Part shown: piece after piece, positions 53,713 to 64,000 of the stretch
How the letters are laid out: the number at the start of each line of letters is the position of its first letter
Numbering within the stretch: the first letter of the stretch is position 1
Assembly (NCBI GenBank): GCA_015680685.1
Contig: MNCI01002706.1
Location: forward strand, 118,712 to 182,711
Direction of reading: 5' to 3'
DNA: 64,000 bases
Source: Gnetum montanum
Lineage: Eukaryota; Plantae; Gnetophyta
Made by a program: the position numbers and the translations under genes
Notes under the pieces: model-generated
Told to the model about the DNA's origin: nothing
The model's input: only the letters and a program-made list of their open reading frames with translations
The model's database searches: none

Positions 53713-56700
53713 GTCATCTAAGGAATCACACACCAACCAAAGATAGTTAAAGATGTTTGATCATTCCTTGGATACACTGGCTACTACCAACGTTCCATAC
53801 AAAATTTCTCTAGGATTGCAAAGCCATTAGTTGAGCTTACAAAGAAAGATGCTTTATTTGTTTGGACCAAGGAGTGCAACACATGCATTCCAACTACTAA
53901 AGAAAAAACTCATAGAAAATCCAATTCTACAAGCACTAAATTAATTTAGATCATTTCACATAATGATGGATGCATCTAATTATGCCTTGGGAGCTATGCT
54001 TACATAGTTGGATGATAAGAAACATTCATATTACATCCACTACGCAAGTCAAAGCATTGTGGGTGCACAATTGAATTACACCACAATTGAGAAAGAACTG
54101 ATGGTAGTGGCGTATGCTCTTAACAAGTTTAGGCACTATGTGTTTTGCTACAAAGTATTTATGCACACAAATCATAGTGGCATCTGCTTTCTGATGAATA
54201 AGCCAATGATGAGCCCCCATATCATACAATGGCTTATGATCTTGCAAGAATTTGATCTCACAATGGTAGATCATAAAGGAACTAAGAACGTGGTTGTTGA
54301 CCATCTCTCTTGATTAAGATGGGATAATAAAGAGGAGGTGAGTTCGCTTTCTGATCACTTTCCAAATGAACTCCTCTTTATAAGAGCAATAAATGACCAA
54401 GTGCCCGCTGAACCAAAATGGTATGATGGCATCCTCACTTCTCACTTAGGAGATGCCATGAGATTTAGACTTTAGGAAGAAATAACAATTTCTTTGTCAA
54501 GCAAAGTATTTCATGGAAATCAACGGATACCTTTACAAGGTGTGTGCTAACAGCCTAGTTTGTTGGTATGTCCTTGATGTGGATTAACTGTGTATTCTCC
54601 AAGATGCTCATGAAAGCCCTTGCGGAGGCCACTATGTAGGGAGATACATGGGCAAAAAAATCCTAATAGTAGGATACTATTGACCTACAATCTTCAAGAA
54701 TGTCCACCAATTTGTTCAATCTTGTGGACACTATGAAAGAGATGGTGGGATGACCACTCGAATGGAGGGTCCTTAATAGTGGATTCAACCACTAGAACCC
54801 TTTGACATATGGGGCATAAACTTCATGGGTTCCATCATGTGCAATAGAAAGGCATATATCATCGTAGTAGTCAACTACTAAACCAAATGGGTAGAAGTAA
54901 TAGTTGTCATTGATTATACATCATCCACTACTACTATATTTGTACAACAACATGTTGTAAACAGGTTTGGGGTGCCATGTGCATTGATTTCTGACAATGG
55001 AAATCATTTTACAAGTGTTACTTTTAGAAAGTTGATGCAATGCTTGGGGGTTGAACATACATTAACAACAACCTATTACCCCTAGGCCAACAGTCAAGTA
55101 GAGGTAACTAACTAGGAGATCACAAAGATCTTAACAAGAACCATAAGTAAATATAGGAGAGATTGGAGCATAAAACTCAATGATGCCCTTTCAGCTTGCT
55201 GCTCAACATGAAAACTCCTTATTGATTACTCTCCCTATGAGTTAGTGTATGGAAAACTTCCAACATTTCTAGTTCAATCCAATCTCTATACACTCTCAAC
55301 AACCTATGAGCTGAATCTTGACCTAAGCCTAGTCCAAAAAGAAAGATTGATCAACCTCAACGTGCTAGATGAAAACTGATTGGTGATCCTATCTTTGAAT
55401 GAAGTGCACAAGGCATTTAATAAACAATGACATGACCAAAGAATACAGAAAGTGAAATTTCAAATAAGAGATAAGGTTCTTTATTGGAATCCCACACATG
55501 TACCTTAGAAAAAAAAATTTCAAACATTGTGAAAAGGACCTTACATAATTGATGAAATCTTTCCTTCTAGGGCCATGATCATATACAAATTGAAGAGCCC
55601 AAATAAAAATCAATTGGTCAACATCCAATAAGTGAAGCTTTTCCATGAGCCAAAGTAAGCCAGTGCAACAAATACCTCAACAGTTGGACAACCATGTTTA
55701 ATTTTTTGGATCTCCTCCTTCTAACTTAGTCATGGAGGAGATGGTCATCCATGCTAATCATCCATATAGATCCTTAATTTTTTCTATTTTTCTATTTTTT
55801 TATTTTTCATGTTCTGGATTTTGCAATTTATTTATTTTACAACTTTTTGATTTTCAAAATTTTTCTTATATTTACACCATCATTAGTATGTTTGAATCTT
55901 TATTGGATATTTTACACTTTCCTATATATTCTACTTTGTTTTGTTTAAGTGTGATTTTCAAATTTCTGCTAATAAAAGTGCTTTATTGCCAATATGACAT
56001 AGTGGTGCTATGGCTATTACTAATGGTAGTTTGTGCCTGATGTTTTGTTTGCTAATGTTTGGTTTCTATTTTTGAATTTTTGTACCAATGAATCATTCAT
56101 GGTTTCTTTTTCATGGAACAAGTAGTGAGTCCAAGTCATTTCCTTGTTTTGGAAGTTTTAGGTTCCTTTTATTAAAGAAAATTTTAATAAATTTGTGACC
56201 TTGGTAGTTTCTGGAATTGGAAAGGATTCAAAGGTTTGAATAGGGTGTGACTTTAAGGGGACTCAATACTCTTTGTACTTTTCTACTTGAGTGCTTGAGT
56301 GTTTTTCATGAGCTACTTACTATTCCATGTCACTGACTATAGGAAGTCAAGTAAAGTCTTTTCATGATGTGGTTCCCATCCAAATATCCAAAAAAAAAAA
56401 AAACAAAATGACAAGAATTCAAAGCACACCCCTTAGACAAATAAATAAGCTACAAGCACTGGTTATGGAACTAGAAAGACATCTAACCATGATTGAAAGT
56501 CCCATCTATCTAAGGCCCTTTCTCACTTTCTACTTCTCTTTTCTTATCTTTATGGAATGGTGGTTGTTTTGTGGGAGCACTCTTGTCTCAAGGGGGTGGA
56601 TCGGTCTTAGAGTGATGATGCAAAGTTACTAAAAGAGGTTGTTTTTGGTTTGGACTAAGGATGGATCTTCTTCGTTCATTTTAAACATATACTCCACAAG

Positions 56701-57249
56701 GGACTTCTTATGACCTTATTTTGAAATTGCATTCCACCTTCTCCATCATCCATTTATGCTAATTCTAACTCACCTCACTATCAGTGTCCATGTTCTTGAT
56801 TCCATGTCTTCGTCTGACGTATTTGAATTCTTAGGTAGAATCTTTTAGGTTTTGGTTTTTAACTTTCATCGACCATTAGTTACCTATGGGGCCCACAGAC
56901 TCTTTAGGTTGAGGTTATGCAAGGGCAAAGAGGGAATGTGACTACTATGGGGAGGACCCACTTGCATATCCCTTGGTTGGGTTCATTAAGTACTATATCC
57001 CTAAGCATTCTTGCAACTAAAATTTTTCATACATCCATTTTCCACATTAGACCATGTGCTCCTTTACATATTTTATTCATTAAATACATTCTCCATAAAA
57101 TTTCTTAATTTTTGAGCTTTTAAAGACCCTCTTCAATGCTTTTATCATATTCTTGGCTTTTCTGGGATTCCATGGATACCAATTTTATTGAAAAACTCCT
57201 GATATTTTTTGAGATATTCAAATTTCAAAATTTACAAATTTTTGTTGGT

Positions 57250-57345
57250 GGGCCCTCTATATGGGGCCCCATCGATGGAGCTGACCCATATACTAGGCCT
57301 CGTATATGGGGCCCTATTGACGTAAGGGAAAAATAGTATAAATAG
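57250..57345 (+). promoter_or_regulatory. Putative internal promoter for the 3' ORF of element A
   Basis: GGGCCC/ATCGAT motifs followed by TATAAATA (57337), the same architecture as the element's U3 (38686-38785). Confidence 0.5.
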
Positions 57346-57801
57346 GCATGACCCCACTTAGAAAATTTTACATTTTCTCACAAATGCCAAAGGAGTTTTC
57401 AAATTTCTAGAGCCTACAACCTTCCAGAGTCCATACCTTACAAACCATTTATACAAATCACTCTATTCTTCAACCTTGCAGCTATCAGAGGTAAGCTCTT
57501 CATTGTGGGGGCCACAAATGTACCATTTTTGATAGAAATTTTTTCACAATTTTTTTCTAACTCCCACAAAGGTTTAACTGAAAAATAAACTATTAAATAC
57601 TAAATTACAAGAGTTAAATCCTTTCAACAAGATTTGGTGACAATTATAATAAATAATTAATAAAATAACAAGAAAATAATTAATCTACCATGGTCCAACC
57701 TTAGCCAAAGTGTAACTAACTAACTAACTAACAGGAAAGGTATTCAAAACTTTAAAGTTACACATTACACCTACTAATCCATGAATGTGTTGTGACTGCA
57801 A

Positions 57802-60666
57802 ATGGCATTAAAAGGAAAGCACACGTAGTAAGCAGGATTGCCCCAACCAAGAGAGAAAAAACCTAGAATAGGAAGAGGCCAAGAATAGTGCTAGGAAGAA
57901 CCATTTGCAACCCATGCCACAGGTCCTCTTAGGAAAGAGGCAGAAGTGGAATTTATCAGTTGGATTCTAGAATTAGCAGTAGTAGTAATAGAACACTCCC
58001 ATTGGGATGATGCACCAGCACAACCAACAAATCTTGAGGTGACCTTAACAGAGGCTTTCCAAAATTAGATTAAATCAAGGGAGGTCCAAAATTTGGTGCT
58101 CTAGGAGTTAAATTTTGGCCCTTTCCTAGAGCATGCACCAAGAGAAGTATAGGATTAGCTAAAGGCCTCTCCCATGTGGCTAGTCATCACTTCCACTAGG
58201 GAGTGGTACATGGGAGAGACATTCCTATTTTGGAATAATAGGCAGCCTAGAGCAACGATGAAAATCAAGGACATCTCAGTGTCTTACTTAGTGCAGGCCA
58301 TTGCTACATGCTTGGGTTGCTCAAAATAAAGGCAAATCTTACCAAAATTCCAATGTAGGCAGATCCAACCATAAAGAAAGAATGGGTGCAATGGTGCTAC
58401 AGTGTTGATTGTAAGGAGTTTGGTGCTCTCACAATGGTAGAGATGATTCATTAAAGATTGTGGCCTTCCACCTCAATCCCACGGTGAGACCAAGCAAAAA
58501 CACTACCTTTTCTACCTAAGCATGCACCGCTCTTAGTGGTAGATTCTTGATCAACCTTCTTTAGTTGATCTATCTAAAAATGGAGAAGCAGTTTAAAGAA
58601 AATGAACGTAGAAGGAAGGTACTCCCCTTTCCATGCCTCATTAGGAAACTTTGTCAAAGGGGAGGGATAGTTTGTTACACTAAAAACACTATTAGAACTA
58701 TTTCAGTTGCCAACTGGATAGAAATGATGAAGGATAAGATGCCTATGACTACAATTCAAGAAGAGGAGTAGTGGACACCACCCCCACTTGCCACTCAGAC
58801 AATAGTGCCAGACATTACTACAATCGCCCAAAATTTGCAAGAGTCAGAGAATGGTTGTTGAGTGAATAAGAGCAAAGAGCAAGCATGAGTGATAGGGACC
58901 CATCCATATGTAGACAAGCCATGAGATACCTTAATGAGGTGGCCCAAATGATTAATTTGATGGATGAGGGTGGATCCATTTTCTTAGTCCAAAGAACATA
59001 GTTACTTGCGAGGTCGAATCTAAGTGCTGGAGAGGTCATAGTATCTCTCACAGAACAATAGTCACTCCTAGAAATCTCTGGAAATGTTGCAACCTTCTCG
59101 GTGTGCTTAAAAAAGGGCAAGGAAACAACTATATTGGTGATGAAACACCAAGGGTAGGAGACAACATCAGAAGTGGTTGTTGATCATATTGCCAAAACAC
59201 TCAACATACCTACAACATTTGTACTAGATGTCACTACACTCAAGGATGTGTAGATGTCTACAGGAACCACAAGCGATAGAATAAATGTAACACAACATGA
59301 AGAACTATTGGATCGATTGGTGGGAATCAGACAATTGCTTTTAGATGTCTTTGACCTTCTGGACATTATCACTACAACCCAATTAGAGCTACTAGAGGCA
59401 AGGGGCAAAAACATCATATTGGAGGGGCAACTTGAAATAGCCAAGGAGTGGAATGAATGCTTGGCTGCAGAAGTTGCTAAATTAAGAGCCCAAATTGTTG
59501 ATCCCACATTTCTCAACCTAGCACTCATAAGAGATGAAGCTATTGAACAACTTCACACCAAACTCAAAGGGGTTGAGGGTGTAATGGAGATGATGGTGTT
59601 CTATCAATCCTTGGTAGAGGCCACATAGCATAAGATTTAGAAGGTTTTGGATTAGACCTACTAGGAGAATGTTTAGTTAAATGTTGAAAATCATTGCCTA
59701 TAGAATGTTGATGTGCACAAGCAATAATTAACTAATTTCATCCATCAATATTAGGAGTAACTGGCCAAAGAAAATACAAAAGTGAGGAGATTGGTGGTAG
59801 AAAATAGAAATCTTTCCATGGAGGAAGTTTGCACCCTTTGTCAGAAAACTACAATTGAGGTAGCTGCCTAGAAATTAGAGGCTCTTAAATTTGAGAGAGT
59901 CAAGGACCACTATAGAGAACAAGTTAGTCTACAAAAAGAAGTAAATGAAAAACATATCCAGTTGATGAAGGAAAAAATGAATGAGACCCTCCAGCAACTC
60001 CAACAAGGGAAAGAGTTGTGGCAACCCATTGTTGATGGAATAAATTCCTATAACAAAGTGGAAATCCACATGAAGGAGTTGTAGATCAAGGATATGATGG
60101 AGTTCGTGGAGCTCACAAATCTTCATTATGCAAATTTGGCCATGTTGACTATTGGATGACCAAAGTTTGAATTAGAGAAGTAGGTGGCTAGCTTGTACTT
60201 ATTGTATGAGGCCAAGTTCAAGCACCACAAGGACACTGAGGACAAGCTTGCGATGGCCAATGCTGAACTCAAAGTTCTCAAGACATGATTCATAGATCAA
60301 CAATCAATTACCGAGAACTTGGCCAGGAGGATGAATGACTACTAAGAGCTATAAAATGTAGTTAAGGTGTTCGACATCAAATACAAATTGTTCATCACTT
60401 GGTTTGTCAACATAAAGGAAATGTTCCTAATAATGCACTATTTGTAGGATGTCCCCATTCCAGCCCACATTGGTGATGTCGTGTGGATTGTAAATGATCC
60501 TTAGAGTAAGGAGGAGAAGATGAAGGCATTGCTTAATGCCTTTCACCTTCCACCAGAGGTTGCAGTTATAGTAGGATAGCCACAACCACCTTAGCTACCA
60601 CACATGCTTGAAGTTGGCAAAGGTTCCTTAGAGCCTCAAGAGCCACCATCACCTGGAATTATTTGA
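57802..60666 (+). pseudogene. Athila-type 3' accessory (env-like/additional) ORF, degenerate
   Basis: Starts MALKGK.. with a basic N-terminus; IATCLGC..LPFPCLIRKLCQRGGI (plant transposon accessory-domain style); long heptad-rich region; many TAG/TAA/TGA stops. Confidence 0.65.
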
Positions 60667-63202
60667 TCTTCTCCACCGTCTTCATGCCATCAAAGGAAGT
60701 GCTATCTAATTCTTTTTGTGTAGTCATGTCATGGTGTTTAATTTTGTATCATGAACACTATAATTTTGTAATGTGTTGATCTATACACTTGGGCACTTAG
60801 TTTTGTCAAGTTAGTTCGTTTTGTTTTGTTAAGAGTTAGTTAATAATTCCATACCTTTCCAATTTTGTAAAATAACTTGAGGACGAGTTTTCATTTAATC
60901 ATGGAGGTATGATGAGCATCAATGTGTCATGTCAATGGGCCTCATTAATGTGGGCTCATTGATGGGCCCCTATTGATGTGGCTTCATCAATGGGCCCTGC
61001 TTACGTGGTGTTGCCCCTTCAATGGGGCTACATTGATATAGCATTTGCTACATTGATGGGGCCTTGTCAACACGGCCCTATAGCAAAAACTATAAATATG
61101 AGCTCCTAGCCATGTTTATGGGCATATCAGATTCATAGTAGTAGCAGAGCTCTTGGAATTTTTCTATTTGAAAGTTAGAATATTTTTCTTGGGTGCCCAC
61201 ATAAGGAGTCATTGAGTGTATGGATCTTTGTTTGAGCACTAATCTACCTGAACCATACCAATGTGTACAACAATAAATATGAGCTTCTTGATAAACCTTG
61301 TAGCATTCTAGATAGCTTAAATGTTTTATTTATGCATTCATTGTTTTTATTAAATATTTAATCTATTAAGCTAAATTAAGCTAAATTAGACTTTAATCAA
61401 TTAATCTAAATAGATTACGTACATAGGTACAACCACTTTGAGCATAAACACATAGTCACTTGGTAATCCCAATAGTGTTATTACTTGGTGTGCCCAGTAG
61501 CATAGTGCTTGGTAACCCAATAGTGGATACGTGGGTTTAGAATGTATACAAAAAGTGGGACCAAATGCTTATGTTAAGACTAGTTAGAGATTAGTTAGTT
61601 AAATTAAGTTAGTCATTCAATTACTTCATCTCTCTCTTTAAGCACCAAAACCATAAAACACAAAATGATGAAAATCATATGCCTTGATTGCACTTAACCA
61701 TACCATTATGCTTCACATGTGTAATTCTTAAGACAACGAACAACCTATAGGGCAAGATTCACTTCCTAGGAGGCTAGTGTACCAGAAACTAGAGAGTCCA
61801 CAAAATTTGACTGAATCATGTGTGAGCACTCTGTGATTCATATGGTTGGGTGTAGGGGTACCCTTCACCACTCATCAAGTATGAATGTGTTCTAGCTTTC
61901 TAAGAAAATAGTGTTTATGCATACAAGTTCTCTATTTTTTATTGTTTTTGTGTATGTATCTTGTTTGTTCTTTTGCTTGTACATTTATTTAAGACATACA
62001 TGATACACCTCTAACAATGGACTAACAAGTTGTATACACTTTTTTTGTGCTTGTAAATTCTCTAAGCTTTGAGGCATAGTCCACTTTGAGTTCCCCTCCT
62101 TTGTTGCTACTTCAAGACTCTCAAGTGATACCAAATAGTGCTTTTCAAAGGGTGGAACCATTATAGATAGCTTATAGGGTAAACTTTTTCTTATCTGATA
62201 AGAATACTATGAACTCAAAGATTAAAACTAGCATCAATAATAAAATTATAGTTGATGGTAAAGATAGTCGATGTAAGATCAATAACTTTCCACTAGTGGC
62301 ACCACATTCTTGCTTTAGAATAAATATTGGTATTAAGCCATAGCTCTCTATCTTGAATCATTTTTCTATTTTAAGTTCAAGAATGGATGTTGAAAAGTGA
62401 TGTATATTTTATTGGGACTAGAACCTTTCTCCCTATTAACAATTAAATTTCTATACTTATTTTTTCAAAGTATCAATTATAAAGTTGTACACCTGAGTAG
62501 AAACTCCTAAAATTGGAAAGGTTTTACTTTCCATATTTTTTTGATAAAATCTATAGTGTTAAGCTTGTGATATACTTTGAATTTTATTTTCTTATTATTA
62601 ATACATCTTTAGGGTTTAACCACATTCACTTGCCTCCCTCCACCCCCTCTTCCCCAACAAATTACTAGGTTGACACCTTATTGTATTGATCAACACAAAA
62701 TATAATTAGTAATTTAGCAATATATAAAACAATGAACATCTCTTATTACAAGTATGTTAAGGTTGTTATGAGTTGCATAAAACCAAATTTTATTTGAGAG
62801 GAATCACTTATTTAGTTAGAACATGAATTGCTTTCAAGGGGTATGCTTTTTAGGTTACATTGATCTAACACAATTATACATGTTCTACTTAAGTTTTAAG
62901 TGTAATGTAAATTACAATCTATAGGTTCATTTAATTAAATAGTTTGAGGTCTAACAATCCTTCCATATTCTATAAATCTTGAGATGTACCTATGTTTCAA
63001 TTATTTTGGGTTACAACATCCCCTTTAACAATCCTTTCATAAAAAATTCTAATTTTAAAAACTTAGTTTATGTATATTTTTATCATCACTAATTTTTTCT
63101 CCAATTTTAAACAATGTAATAATATTAAGGCTTCTTCTTTATATCTTAGTCAAGTTCTCTAAAAATGCTGGTGGCTTAGAATTCACTTTTTACTTATAAC
63201 AA

Positions 63203-63290
63203 TGAAATGTTAGCCTAGTGATAAGACTCTTGATTTAAAAGCTCCAAGTCATGGGTTTGATTCTAGTAGGCATTACTGAGTTAGAAAGTT
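63203..63290 (+). mobile_element. tRNA-derived SINE (copy 3)
   Basis: TGTTAGCCTAGTGATA..GGGTTTGATTCTAGTAGG..TGAGTTA; A and B boxes as in copy 1. Confidence 0.5.
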
Positions 63291-64000
63291 CTAATTGGAC
63301 TATAGATATTAGGGTTTGTCTATTTTAAAATTATTTAAGGGCTCCAATAGCTCCATTTTTTACTTTGGATTTTGTTCATTTCTTTACAAACAAAATGTTG
63401 GATAAGAATATGAATAGAACTTTTGTATCTCCTCCATACAAATAAAATTATAGTGCATTTAAAAAAGAAAAAAATTATTAATTTTAATTATTTTGGGAGG
63501 ATGCATTAGAAACTAAAACTTTTTTTATGAAGGACTAGGGGAAGGTAGTTGTTGAAACCTCAAAATAATTATAGTATGGTTATTCTCCAAGATATATAAT
63601 CCAATTAGAATTGAAATAATTTGACTATAAGTAAACCCAAAGACATAGATATGTTGTACCCAACTTTTAGGTTCCCCAATGATTAAGGAAAGTGTGGTTT
63701 AAACATTGTTTCATCCAAGCTCAAGTACCTAAAACTCATCAAAATTAAATGTGAAAAGCCATATTTTCAGCTTTTAGAGCCCTCTAGGAATCATTTCAAC
63801 TCATAATGTAGCATATGAACATTACTTTTGACAACCCCCAAAAAATTTAGGAATGAAATTTTTTCTAAGTGTTGGAGATGACAAATGTAACATTAGCATC
63901 ATCCCTAGACCATGCTACTAATATCACTTATGCAGGAACTACTTCTTAGCCCTAGTTTTGACTTTGCATGACCTTGAATGGATGAAATACAATAGTCTTA

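Larger units (their letters stand above)
38663..61877 (+). mobile_element. Full-length degenerate Athila-like Ty3/gypsy LTR retrotransposon (element A)
   Basis: LTRs 38663-39557 and 60910-61877 (TGATGAG..CTCATCA); TSD AGTAT; PBS TGGTGTCATTGTCGGGGA (tRNA-Asp type) at 39559-39576; PPT CATGGAGGTA. Gag from about 39707, PR (ALLDSG), RT (FLDGYSGYNQI, FMDDL), RNase H (DASNYALGA), INT (PCGGHY..GYY*P), long 3' ORF. Confidence 0.95.

Noticed and set aside
61883-64000. Genes or structured elements at the window end
   Set aside because: AT-rich, no ORFs of 60 aa or more and no recognisable motifs apart from one SINE-like copy.

Overview
AT-rich land-plant genomic window from a draft assembly with several N gaps. 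It contains two intact, convergent spliced genes: a TBL13-like polysaccharide O-acetyltransferase (+, 6 exons, 2067-6961) and an FLDH-like NAD(P)-dependent farnesol dehydrogenase (-, 5 exons, 36555-14648) whose introns are inflated by transposons (intron 2 is about 15.2 kb). The rest is mostly mobile DNA: a 23-kb Athila-like Ty3/gypsy element (TSD AGTAT) with a related element nested antisense in its RT (TSD GTCAT), a third related LTR at the window start, an internally deleted Ty1/copia element (TSD CAATG), an RTE LINE with a 23-bp TSD, a Helitron-type PIF1 helicase relic, MITEs and tRNA-derived SINEs. The most unusual object is a GC-rich L1-type LINE (DUF4283/zinc-knuckle ORF1 plus APE endonuclease). 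Its 3' part encodes an LTR-retrotransposon-style accessory domain, a long E/Q/R coiled coil and a DnaJ J-domain-like module with an HPD motif. A second, diverged, 5'-truncated copy in another intron shows mostly synonymous differences in the conserved blocks, suggesting a retrotransposon family that carries its own Hsp70 co-chaperone.
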